Part shown: positions 20,035 through 30,243 of the stretch, piece after piece
How the letters are laid out: every line of letters starts with the position of its first letter
Numbering within the stretch: position 1 is the stretch's first letter
Source of the DNA: Candidatus Bathyarchaeota archaeon
Lineage (GTDB): Archaea; Thermoproteota; Bathyarchaeia; Bathyarchaeales; Bathycorpusculaceae
DNA: 64,000 nucleotides
Direction of reading: 5' to 3'
Assembly (NCBI GenBank): GCA_963775465.1
Contig: CAVZIW010000006.1
Location: forward strand, 1 to 64,000
Notes under the pieces: model-generated
The model's database searches: none
Told to the model about the DNA's origin: nothing
Seen by the model: the letters and a program-made list of their open reading frames with translations, nothing else
Translations under genes and position numbers: made by a program

Positions 20035-20858
20035 GCAACACCAACATCTTTCTTGGTACCTGTGGCTGGAGCTACAAAGAATGGGAAGGCGTCTTCTACC
20101 AAAAGAAAAGTACTAAAACTAAACTTCGAGCATACTCCAGAGTCTTTAAGACCGCCGAAATAGACTCCACATTCTACCGCAACCCCTCAAAAGGAACAGT
20201 TATGGGTTGGCTTAGGTATTCTCCTAGCGATTTTGTGTTTTCTGCCAAACTGCCTAAAACAATAACTCACGAAAACATGCTTGGACTAAAGAAAGAGGTC
20301 AAAGCCGATTTAGAAGTATTCTTAGACCTAATGCGTCCTTTACAGCTTGGAGGCAAACTCGCCTGCTTACTCATACAATTGCCACCAAAATACTCATACA
20401 ATCCCAGAAATCTTGAAGCCTTCTTCCAAATGCTTGACCCCGCTTTCAGGTACGCCGTAGAATTCAGAAACATAACCTGGCTATTACCTAATACCGAAAC
20501 GTTTGAACTCCTAAATCGGTATGGTGTTGCCTATACGATTGTTGATGAACCGCTTCTGCCTCCAGAAGTGCATTTAACGACTGACTTTGCTTATTTCCGC
20601 TGGCACGGCAAAGGCAAGGACATCTGGTTTGATTATCGGTATAGTGAAGAGGAATTGGAGCCTTGGGTTCCAAAGGTTCAGGAAACAGCAGGCAAAGTCA
20701 AGAAGGTCTATGGTTACTTTAACAACCACTAACATGGCTATGCACCGGAAAACTGTTTGCATTTGCTTGAAAAGCTGGGTTTATTGTCGGAGACGCAGAA
20801 AAAAGCTAAACTAAAGTCAAAGAATAAGCAAGCGCAACTGGGGTCTTTCTTTGGATAG
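20031..20858 (+). pseudogene. DUF72 family protein with an in-frame TAA at 20730
   Basis: LGTCGWSYKEW, EIDSTFY, AVEFR, YFRWHG, YFNNH*HGYAPEN; the frame continues to TAG at 20858. Confidence 0.8.
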
Positions 20859-20869
20859 AAGACAGAGGA

Positions 20870-20991
20870 TTTATCTTTTGTATCAGGAAGCATACTGGAT
20901 TGCCTCAGAGGAAATCAGTAATCATCAAGGCTTCTGTTTTCATATCCTCTAATCTTAGTGCCATACGGTAGGATTCAACGGTTTTGCCCAT
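20870..20991 (-). pseudogene. Remnant of the small helical protein usually encoded next to the RadA-like gene in PolB2 operons
   Basis: MGKTVESYRMAL... starts at a TAATG overlap with the RadA-like stop, then decays. Confidence 0.55.
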
Positions 20992-21719
20992 TACGCATTT
21001 GCCTCTACAAAACCCTCTAACGTTAAATCCTCAAGAGGTAACTCGGCAACGCCCAAGGATAAGGTGGGATGTTTTTCTAAAATAAATTGTCTTGCGTAGT
21101 TTGTTTTTCTTAGTGATAGAACCACGTTTGCTTTTTTGATTGTTTGGGTGTGGAGTAGATTGTTTCTTGGTGTTTGAGCGTGTTGTGGGTAGGTTGCGAT
21201 TATTATTGTTTGGGTTTCTCGTGCAAAATTTGATAGATAAGTCGTTATTTGCCCAAAGATTCTTTGGGTTTCATCTTCGGGAATGTCTTTGTCTAAGAAG
21301 AATCCTGCGATGTCTGAAATTATCACGAGTTTGGCTTTGTATTTTTTGATGGTTTGTTTTAGTTGTTGTTTGATTAGTGAGGCTGTTTGGTAGGCTGTAA
21401 ATGCTCTTGAGATGTAAATGTTATCTAGAACTTTTTTTGGGTCTATGTGGTGGATCTGGGCTAGCTGTGCTATTTGGTATAGTCTGAGGGTGTTGCCTCC
21501 ATCGATAAAGATAACGCTGCTCTGCAATCCGCCAAGCTGGTGGGGAAGTTGCGCTTTCACACACAACAGCGATGCTAACGATGAAACAGATGCGCCCCCA
21601 AGAACGGCAAAGTCACCTAACGCAAACCCTGGAAAAACCCCTTTAACACCTCTTATGTTAAGCGGAAAAACCGGTTGAGGCAGCGCAGTTTTAACAATTA
21701 CATTTTGGCTCAATTTCAT
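20991..21719 (-). CDS. RadA/Rad51-like protein with degenerate Walker A (probably inactive ATPase)
   Basis: QLPHQLGGLQSSVIFIDGGNT...VLDNIYISRAFTAYQ...LVIISD; no GKT. Confidence 0.85.
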   Translation of the reverse strand: MKLSQNVIVKTALPQPVFPLNIRGVKGVFPGFALGDFAVLGGASVSSLASLLCVKAQLPHQLGGLQSSVIFIDGGNTLRLYQIAQLAQIHHIDPKKVLDNIYISRAFTAYQTASLIKQQLKQTIKKYKAKLVIISDIAGFFLDKDIPEDETQRIFGQITTYLSNFARETQTIIIATYPQHAQTPRNNLLHTQTIKKANVVLSLRKTNYARQFILEKHPTLSLGVAELPLEDLTLEGFVEANA

Positions 21720-21939
21720 AATTCTCCCCTATTTTGAAAGGATAGCAACAGGCAATTTTCAGCTTTTAAATCATCAACTCAAACAACTTAATCAAATAGA
21801 GGGGACTTGTTTGAAAGTGAAACAAAATCAAAGTTTTTATTGTTCCTGTCCAAAACCAAAAGATCAGCACTAAAAGAAATCTAAAATAAAGCCCAGAAAT
21901 ATCTATTGTCACCGTCTAACTATTAGCGCGCGCAAGGGT

Positions 21940-22212
21940 TCAAATGAACGTGCAAATCATTAAATAATTTTTAAAGTGTTCTACTCTTAATTTATGACTC
22001 TTAATATAATCCTCCATTTGAGTAAGGAAGGATTCATTAAATGATTCATCAGCTGAAGTGGCTAAAATTACGTAACCGTCTGTTTCGGTATCAAAACTTC
22101 TCCACTCAGCAAATCCTTTGAATATTTTTGGATGACAACATGGGAATTGCTTTGAAAATTCTATTGCTTCAGCCAAAAACATAAAATCGCTTCTCAACTC
22201 CTGAAAACCCAT
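21940..22212 (-). CDS. Small hypothetical protein
   Basis: 90 aa ORF downstream of a wHTH gene. Confidence 0.55.
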   Translation of the reverse strand: MGFQELRSDFMFLAEAIEFSKQFPCCHPKIFKGFAEWRSFDTETDGYVILATSADESFNESFLTQMEDYIKSHKLRVEHFKNYLMICTFI

Positions 22213-22245
22213 ACTTTGGAGGCAAAAGTGAGGGAAAGCGCATTT

Positions 22246-22536
22246 CTATAAGGGTATAGCAATGTTTCGAGCTTCTTCAACAATTAGATGTTTTACTTTA
22301 AGTCTTGAGAAGTATTTCAGGACATTAATTCCTCGTTGAGTAACCGCAAAGAATATTCTATCTTTTCCAAAGGGTCGCTCTTCAACTAAGCCTTGTTTAA
22401 CTAAGAAGCCCAAGTCTTCTTCAAGCACACTACAGTTAAGATTGGTCTTGTGCATTATATGTATTAGTTCTAAGGGGCCTTTCTGCGCTAACAAGATAAC
22501 TATTTCAACGTACGTTTCAAGATGACTGCGTTTCAT
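22246..22536 (-). CDS. Winged-helix DNA-binding protein (archaeal HTH_45-like)
   Basis: KRSHLETYVEI...HIMHKTNLN...L.FLVKQGLVEE...FAVTQRG. Confidence 0.85.
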   Translation of the reverse strand: MKRSHLETYVEIVILLAQKGPLELIHIMHKTNLNCSVLEEDLGFLVKQGLVEERPFGKDRIFFAVTQRGINVLKYFSRLKVKHLIVEEARNIAIPL

Positions 22537-23090
22537 AGTAATCCACTTTGTGTATTCTGTAAAACAATGTTTACGGGTAGAGCACTTATAAACCTTCTTA
22601 TGCTTTATTCAAGCAATTATGCTTTTTATTAACATAAATTTAAATTATGGTATAAAATGAATTAAAATATGCAATATATAACTATAATTGGTCTTAATGA
22701 TAATATCAAAAACAAAGCGATTTTAGCCACAGTTTGATTTTTTTTGAAAATTCTTTGAACAGTATTTTTCCTAGCTGTTCATCAACACTGCGAAAGCCAA
22801 ATTTGTCCATATAATTTTTTCATGAATGCCCCAATTTGGAAACACAAAAATAGATTTTTTAGGGCTGCAATAATGTTGATGAATTTAGAATGCCCTTCAT
22901 TTCATTCAAATTCACGTGTTTAATTTACCAAACTAAGAACAACACTTTTCCAATGAAACCAGTTGGCTTGTTTCCCTCCTTAGCAAGTGTAACTTTGTTT
23001 TTTCAAAAGAATTAGAGAGCGGTAGCTCTTTTTGAAAATTAGCAATCGATAATAACTACCGAACATATATGGATTAACACGACACATGAG

Positions 23091-23885
23091 TTGGTTCTCG
23101 TGGACTATTTATCACCTCTTAGATCGGAACTCCGGCTGAAGATTTTGTTTAGCCTCTTAAGCGGAGAGAAAAAAATATCAGAACTCAGATTTGATGTCGA
23201 AACTCGGGACACCACTATTCTTCACGTTCTCGAAGAATTCGGTGATCTTAATCTAACAACAAGGAATCAAGGACTCTACGAATTATCGCAACTCGGAATC
23301 ATGGAAGCAGAAATTTTTAAAGAGTTTATTTCTGCTGTTGAAGTTGTTGAAAAGTTTAAGGACTTTTGGTTTTCACACAAAGTAGGCGATATACCACCAC
23401 ACCTTCTTCAAAACATCGGCGCACTAAAAGACGCACAATTAGTTCGGACTCAAGCATCAGAACTAGGTATCGTTCATCAAACGTTCATGGAAACCATCAG
23501 AACTTCCAAAAGGATAAAGGGAATATCTCCCATTTTCCACCCGGACTTTGTATCTTTGTTTGGTCAACTGCTTGAAGAGGGCGCCACAATCGAGCTAATA
23601 GTCAGCAGCGATGTCCTTAACAAGATTACGGATTTTGTAGATCTTGATTTAATAAAGAAGTACTTGAAAGAGGATATGCTAAGAGTTTTTCTAAAAGACG
23701 ATTTGAAGATTGCTCTTGCGTTGACTGAGAACAGTTTCTCGCTCGGACTTTTTGCTGTATCTGGAACATACGATGATAGCATGGACTTGCGGTCAAATAA
23801 TAGTGAAGCAATAAAATGGGGTGAACGTCTTTTCGAAGATGCAGTTAAAGGTAATCCAAGAATTGGGATAGATTTGCCGATTTAA
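23091..23885 (+). CDS. wHTH plus DUF1724 (COG4742-like) transcriptional regulator
   Basis: SELRLKILFSL wHTH; FWFSHKVGDIPPHLL..IG.L; SLGLF..SGTYD...L.S...AIKWGERLF. Confidence 0.85.
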   Translation: MVLVDYLSPLRSELRLKILFSLLSGEKKISELRFDVETRDTTILHVLEEFGDLNLTTRNQGLYELSQLGIMEAEIFKEFISAVEVVEKFKDFWFSHKVGDIPPHLLQNIGALKDAQLVRTQASELGIVHQTFMETIRTSKRIKGISPIFHPDFVSLFGQLLEEGATIELIVSSDVLNKITDFVDLDLIKKYLKEDMLRVFLKDDLKIALALTENSFSLGLFAVSGTYDDSMDLRSNNSEAIKWGERLFEDAVKGNPRIGIDLPI

Positions 23886-24048
23886 ACTATCATATTAATT
23901 TTTTTCAATTTTGAGGCAAATGGCTAGTTTTGCTTCTTAAAAACTCATTTTTGCAGAAATAATTCGGGATGCTTATTTTGAATATTGATTAGTGCTTCAT
24001 AAGTTTCATTACATATTTGAAATCCATATCCGTCTGGAGAGGAGCTGA

Positions 24049-24963
24049 GTGAAAGACCAAAACTTTCACGTTGAATCAATAAAAACCCTGAAGGCGGATT
24101 TGGGAAATTTTGTTTTAGAGAAAACATACTTCCCGTTACTCAAAGTTCTAAGGTTTATGGTGTCAACTTCCCTTCTTTTAGCTTTAAATGGTGCTATTGT
24201 TGTAGTTTTTGGTTTTTGTTTAAACGGCGCCACGATTATGCCCTCTTTACTTTTTGCGGCTTTTTTAGTCACCTTTGCAGTCTACGGTTTAAACAAGTTT
24301 ACCGATAGGGCTGAAGATTCAATCAACCGACCGGAAATTTTGCCACGAGCGTCTCGTTATTATTTGGTTTTCTCTTTAGTGTCAATGATAGTCGGTTTTT
24401 TGATAGGTCTATCAGAAAGTATTTTGACTTTCTTTATTCTTTGCGCTCCTGTTCTGATTGGCGTGATTTATAGTGTAAGAATTTCAAAATCAATCCCAAG
24501 GCTAAAAGAAATTGTAGGCGTCAAGAGCTTTGTAGTTGCATTATGCTGGGCTTTAACAGGTTCTTTCCTTCCTGACTCTTTTTATACGGCTAAACTTGAG
24601 GTAATTGTTATTGCTTTTGTTTACATTTTTATTCGAGTATTCGTAGGCGCGACCTTGTGCGACGTCATGGATAAAAAGGGCGATATGGCTTCGGGAATAG
24701 AAACAATACCTTTAAGGTTGGGAAGAAACAAAACAATAAAACTCTTAACACTTCTAAACAGTCTTGGAATGTTTTTGCCAATCTATTGCGTGGCAACTGG
24801 AATGCTCATTCATTTTGTGCCTGCGTTACTATTTGGGGTTTTGTATGGGTATTTGACAATTTGGTTTTACTTTAAGAATAACTGCAAGAGGTTACACGCA
24901 GGGTTGATGTTAGATGGCGAATGGATTCCTATAATTATCATCATTTATTTATTTGCCAGATGA
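24049..24963 (+). CDS. UbiA-family prenyltransferase
   Basis: NKFTDRAEDSINRPE, YS...RLKEIVGVK and CDVMDKKGDMASGIETIP Asp-rich motifs; multiple TM helices. Confidence 0.85.
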   Translation: MKDQNFHVESIKTLKADLGNFVLEKTYFPLLKVLRFMVSTSLLLALNGAIVVVFGFCLNGATIMPSLLFAAFLVTFAVYGLNKFTDRAEDSINRPEILPRASRYYLVFSLVSMIVGFLIGLSESILTFFILCAPVLIGVIYSVRISKSIPRLKEIVGVKSFVVALCWALTGSFLPDSFYTAKLEVIVIAFVYIFIRVFVGATLCDVMDKKGDMASGIETIPLRLGRNKTIKLLTLLNSLGMFLPIYCVATGMLIHFVPALLFGVLYGYLTIWFYFKNNCKRLHAGLMLDGEWIPIIIIIYLFAR

Positions 24964-25470
24964 TAAAAAGGCAATCATTTGGGGTTTCCTGATCTTCCGC
25001 TTTCTTTGCTTCTCATTGAGCTTGAGCTCCAATTTAAACTCACTCACGAGTTTGTTCATTATCAAATTCACCGGTTATTCTTAGTGCGCGCCAAGTATTC
25101 TTTTGGGTCAGCAAAAACGGATGAGGATACTTCAGAGAAAAATCGATGTGTTACTATTTTCTAGGCTTTCGAAAGATCGGACCAGTAGGTCACAATAAAT
25201 ATTGAAGAATCAAGCCTCCTAACAGATGCAAAAAATGTGCTCATTTGTGACGAATTGAAGAGGGAAAGACTAAACATAAACAAGTTTATCATTAGTTTCT
25301 ATTGTCCCTGAAGATAACCTGAAAAAACTGCTTAGAGATTTTAATGCAGCTGCCACACAAGAATAAACAAAGAAATTAAAATTAGTCTTAGCAGTAATCA
25401 CATAACTGCCTTGAGGTAGAGTGGTACAAATTGAAAATCTTGATATAATTATCTGTTATTGTGCTTATTT

Positions 25471-25698
25471 TTAGTGAAGTTTAGCTGCTTCTTTTAAAGT
25501 CTTGGTAACTAGATCGTTTTCGATTCGTTCTTGCTCAGAAGCCGCTTTTGCAGGATCTTTTTCTTTCTTACCATGTAAAGCAGCGTGGGTTTCAATAGCC
25601 TTTGCCATCATCTTCAAATCGGGAATCAACAAGATTCTAAAGCCACATTCACATTCAATAAAAGTTTCACCATCTTTTCGAATGTTAATCTCTGGTAT
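25471..25698 (-). CDS. Small CxC...HxxxH zinc-finger-like protein (no canonical start; not in ORF track)
   Basis: IECECGFRILLIPDLKMMAKAIETHAALH...LH*; an in-frame TGA at 25699-25701 separates it from an upstream GTG. Confidence 0.55.
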   Translation of the reverse strand: MPEINIRKDGETFIECECGFRILLIPDLKMMAKAIETHAALHGKKEKDPAKAASEQERIENDLVTKTLKEAAKLH

Positions 25699-25848
25699 TC
25701 AACTCACGACCAAATCTTGATTAGGCTAATACTTTGAAAATGAAAACTTAAGAGTTATGTTCCTAAAGCAAGAATAATCCAGACTAATATGTAATCAAGG
25801 ATAAATTATTTTTGGTAAAATTTGGTTTCATTTTTATAACTTCGGTCA

Positions 25849-26088
25849 CTACTTTGTTTGTTTTTTCTCAGAGGGTTGGTTCTTTATCGTTATTAGTAGC
25901 ATTAGACACACGAAAAAAATAGCCATTATCAAACCAGCAACACTCCTTTCAGTTGAACTTTCTGCTCTATAAAGCCAAATTGCAAAAAGAACTTCGGCTA
26001 CCAAAAGCATTACTGCAAGAAGCGAATAAGGGCCAGAGATTCTAGTTGGGTCAATCCCACTTCTTCTTTTATATATAATTCTTGCCAA
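25849..26088 (-). CDS. Small two-TM membrane protein
   Basis: 79 aa with two hydrophobic helices; flanked by a 14-bp direct repeat. Confidence 0.6.
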   Translation of the reverse strand: MARIIYKRRSGIDPTRISGPYSLLAVMLLVAEVLFAIWLYRAESSTERSVAGLIMAIFFVCLMLLITIKNQPSEKKQTK

Positions 26089-26176
26089 GATAGTTTCACC
26101 TTAATTGAAATTTGGTTTCATGGTGCCCTATTACTTTGTTGGATGAGATTTTCTGAGTTTTATCTGAGGCAAAATC

Positions 26177-26341
26177 TTTCTACAGTAGAAAAATATTGGG
26201 TAGAAATTTTTTGTAGACCCTATTTATACAAAAATCGAGCTTTCATGGAGTTGTGGTCGTCTAAGAGTGGGTTTTTTGTTTTTTTGTCGGGTTGATTTCG
26301 ACGGTATAAACGTTTTTGCCTATGCATTTCTACGGTAGAAA
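26177..26341. repeat. Cluster of palindromes TTTCTAC-N-GTAGAAA
   Basis: Perfect copies at 26177-26191 and 26327-26341, a degenerate copy at 26296-26310, and a half-site at 26200. Confidence 0.6.
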
Positions 26342-26426
26342 ACCAAAGAGGTTAACCGGATTCGATTTAGCGCGAGCAAAATCAACAAATAATAAAGTAA
26401 AGATAAAATTACGGCAACAGAATTTC

Positions 26427-26627
26427 TTAAGAGCCTTCTTTGTAGCCTAGTATAAGGTGTACTTTGTTGCCTTCGGCATAGCCTTTAATCTCAAGTTTTT
26501 TGTCGCAAAAAACTCTTAGGAGTTCGTGGAGTTCTTTGGGAAAGTTCAACGTAACTTCTTCATGCTTGTAAACCCGCAGACCTTTCTTGTAGGACTTCTC
26601 AATTATTCTAAACTGAAGCCTAACCAT
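26427..26627 (-). CDS. Small basic protein, AbrB-like/MGE hypothetical
   Basis: 66 aa; YKHEEVTLNFPKELHELL pattern. Confidence 0.55.
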   Translation of the reverse strand: MVRLQFRIIEKSYKKGLRVYKHEEVTLNFPKELHELLRVFCDKKLEIKGYAEGNKVHLILGYKEGS

Positions 26628-26699
26628 TCAATACATCTCTTTTCTTTGTAGCTCGATAAGTTCTTTTATTTTTATCCCATGAGTGTTTCTTGGATTAAC

Positions 26700-26965
26700 T
26701 CAGTTGTATAGCGGCAAATTCCTTTAATTCTAGCTTCTTTTACATTTTCAGTATTCGTTTCTGCTACGCTAACAATATGCTTATGATGAAGGGTTCAAGA
26801 AGTATCGTGCTAGTTGCGTTGCTTGTTTCTGAAGCGTAACCCTGGCACATATCCATCATCACTTTGACAGTTTCATGATCATCTTCACGAAGAGGTCTAA
26901 AAAAGCTAATCCAACGACTAATCTTTATTCCAAAGCCATACGATAAGACTCACAGATTTACCCAG
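26700..26965 (-). pseudogene. Second decayed copy of the MGKTVESYRMALE small protein
   Basis: Across frames: GKSV/SYRMALE*/ISRWISFFRPLREDDHETVKVMMDMCQGYASETSNATSTILLEPFIISILLA*QKRILKM. Confidence 0.6.
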
Positions 26966-27091
26966 GTCAATCAACTCACGCGTAGTTATGAAACCAAGAG
27001 TTGACAAAAAATGCTTTTAAACTATCTGAGAAACGACTGTCTAACCCAGTAGAGAGGGAACGATGAAAGTGATTCTTTTATTTTCTTTATG

Positions 27092-30000
27092 TTATGTTTT
27101 CGTGTTTAGATTTTTTGTTTTAACCGGCGTTTCTGCCCAGTCTTTGCATAGCAGTTTTGCTTGGTCTAGAACTGTGTCGGTTGCTTTTTGCTGTTTGTCT
27201 GGTGGATAGCCATACTTTTTCAGTAGACGTTTGACGAGTACTCTGAGTTTTGCTTGCACGTTATCTCTTAGTGTCCAGTCTACGGTTACGTTTCGTCTAA
27301 TTATCTCAACTAGTTCTTGCGCCATCTTCTTTAGTGTTTTATCGCCGAGGACTTCTTTGGCGCTTTCGTTATCCGCTAAGGCATCGTAGAAGGCGACTTC
27401 TTCTTCTGATAGGTTAAGTTGGGTGCCTCTTTGTTTTTCTTCTCGCATTTTCTTGGCAAGCTCGATAAGTTGCTGAACTATCTCTGCGGCTTCCACGCTT
27501 CGGTTAGTATAGGCTTTGATTGCTCTGTCCAGAAGCTCTTCAAATGATCGGGCTTGTATGAGGTTTTTCTTTCGCCTAATCCGGATTTCATCCATTAACA
27601 GTTTTTTGAGTGCTTCAAAAGCCAAGTTCTTTTGAGGCATAACATTAACAAAGCTAAGAAAGTCATCCGAAAGAATGGAAATGTTAGGCTTCTTTAATCC
27701 AGCAGCTGCAAAAATATCGATAACCCTATCAGAAATCACGGCTTTAGAGATTATCTGTTTGATGGCTAAGTCCATGTCTTCGAGTTCTTGTTGAGATTTG
27801 CTCTCGGTGGTTTTGATTATGGCTGCTCTTACTGCTTGGAAAAAGCCTACATCGTCTCGGATGGCGATGGCGTCTTGGTGTGGAATTGCCAGTGCAAAGG
27901 CTTTGATGAGAAGGCCTGATTGTTCAAGGTAGCGTTCTTTGCCTTTTTCCTGCGCTAAGATGTGTTGCATGGCATCCATCATTATGGTCATTTTTTGGTC
28001 TTTTGGCGCTGAGAAGAAGGTTTTGTAGTTGAAGCCTCGGTAGAATGTTTTGACAACTTCGTATTTTTCTTGCATTTTGTCGACTGCGACTTGTTGGGGT
28101 ATGCCTGTTTGTTTTTGGTCGCTCTCGGTGTATTCTGATAGTGCTTTTTTGAGTTCTTCACCTATGCCGATGTAGTCGACGATTAAGCCGCCGTCTTTGC
28201 CCTTGAAGACTCGGTTAACGCGGGCTATGGCTTGCATTAGGGTGTGTCCTTTCATGGGTTTATCTAGGTACATGGTGTTTAGGCTTGGGGCGTCAAATCC
28301 TGTTAGCCACATGTCGCGAACTATGGCGATTTTCATGGGGTCGGAGGGGTCTTTCATGCGTTCGCTTAGTGCTCGGCGGCGTTCTTTGTTTCGTACGTGT
28401 TCTTGCCAAGCTGGACCATCTGATGCTGAACCTGTGATAACAACTTTTATGGTGCCTTTGTCGTCATCTTTGCTGTACCATTCAGGTCTGAGGTTTACTA
28501 TTTCGTTGTGTAGTTCTATGCAGATTCTTCTGCTCATGCAGACAATCAAGGCTTTGCCGTTTAAGACGGATTCTCGGGCTTCCCAATGGTCCACAATATC
28601 TTTAGCTACTCGTTTGATGCGTTCGGGGCTACCCACCACTTTTTCCATACGAGACCATTTGCTTTTAAGGTACTCTTTGCCCTCAATTTCCTCGCCCTCA
28701 GTAACTTCCTCAAACTCTGAGTCAATATTCGGTCGCTCTTCAGGCTTTAGCTCCAATTTTGCAAGCCGGCTCTCATAGAGAATAGTGACAGTTGTGCCGT
28801 CCTCAACGGATTGGCGAACATCATAAGTATCAATGGGCTTTCCAAAAACTGCAGGGGTGCTCCGGTCAGCTTTCTCAATGGGGGTTCCAGTAAACCCGAT
28901 AAATGTCGCGTTTGGCAGGGCATCTCTGATGTATTTTGCGTAACCGTATTTGAGGGCGTCTGAGTCTAAGTTCTTGGGAACTTTTAATCCGAATCCGTAT
29001 TGGCTACGGTGTGCTTCGTCAGCGATTATTATGATGTTTTTTCGCTCTGAGAGCAAGGGATATTGTGTTCCGGTTTCGGGGAAGAACTTTTGTATGGTTG
29101 TAAAAATTATTCCGCCTGAGGAAACCTGCAGCAGTTCTTTGAGTTTTTCTCGGTTATCTGCCTGTTGAGGTTGTTGCCGCAAAAGCTCATGGCATCTGCT
29201 AAAGGTTCCGAAAAGTTGATCATCTAAATCGTTGCGGTCAGTAAGCAAAACAACTGTGGGGTTCTCAAGTTCTGGGTGCAAAACCATTTTTCCCGCATAG
29301 AAAACCATCGTTAAACTTTTGCCTGAACCTTGGGTGTGCCAGACAATTCCTGCTTTATGGTCCTTCTTTGTGGCTCTTACAGTGGATTCAATCGCCTTGT
29401 TTACTGCATTATATTGTTGGTAAGCGGCGATTTTCTTAGAAATCTTGACGCTTCCATCTTTCTTGTCTTTGTCAGCTTCATAAACCACAAAGTTCCTAAC
29501 CAAATCCAGCAATGTTGCTTTGTTTAGCATGCCTTTTATGAGGGTGTCGATTTCTGGGATATTGGGCGCTGCTTTTTTGTTGTCTATGGTTTTCCAAGGG
29601 GTGAAGCGTTCCTTGTTAGAAGTCAGGGTTCCAGCTTTTGCCAACAAACCCATCGCTTATGACTAAGATCTCATTATACCTGAAAATAGATGGGAATAAG
29701 ATGCTTGTACGTTTCAAACTGATTAAAAGCAGACCAAACCGTCGCGTTCTCATCAGCAGGGTTCTTCAGCTCAAATAGAACCAAAGGCAAACCATTAACA
29801 AATAAAATAATGTCTGGACGCCGATTGTTGCGTTCCTCAATAATTGTAAACTGGTTAACTGCTAAAAACTCGTTATTATCAACATTGGCAAAGTCAAATA
29901 ACCAAACTAACTCATTCTTAATTGTTCCATCAGGACGTTTAAACTGAACCGGAACACCATTAGCCACTAACCTGTGAAAACTCTGATTATTACCAACTAA

Positions 30001-30243
30001 ATCTTGGCTTTCAGTTCTAAGAACCCTCTTAACAGCCTCATCAATCGCACCATCTGGAATAGATTTATTGATTCGCCTAAGAGCATCACGCAATCTACCG
30101 ACAAGAACAACCTCACTATATTTCCGTTCTTCAGCAACGCTGCCTTCAGAAATATCAGGACCATAAACCCAACAATAACCAAGGTTGCTAAATAAGTTAA
30201 GGCATTCTTTCTCAAGGTCTTCCTCATTCATTATCTTAGGCAT
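27092..30243 (-). CDS. hsdR: Type I restriction endonuclease subunit R; frame break near 29650-29690
   Basis: [19 protein letters not shown] nuclease motif; [27 protein letters not shown] and QAIARVNR helicase motifs. Confidence 0.92.

Noticed and set aside
24950-25164. ORF 24979-25164 and an antisense 36-aa ORF as a UbiA substrate peptide or TnpB remnant
   Set aside because: No convincing motif or translation signals.
28197-29527. Long antisense ORFs within hsdR (and similar ones within mgtA and aor)
   Set aside because: Antisense shadows of well-supported genes.
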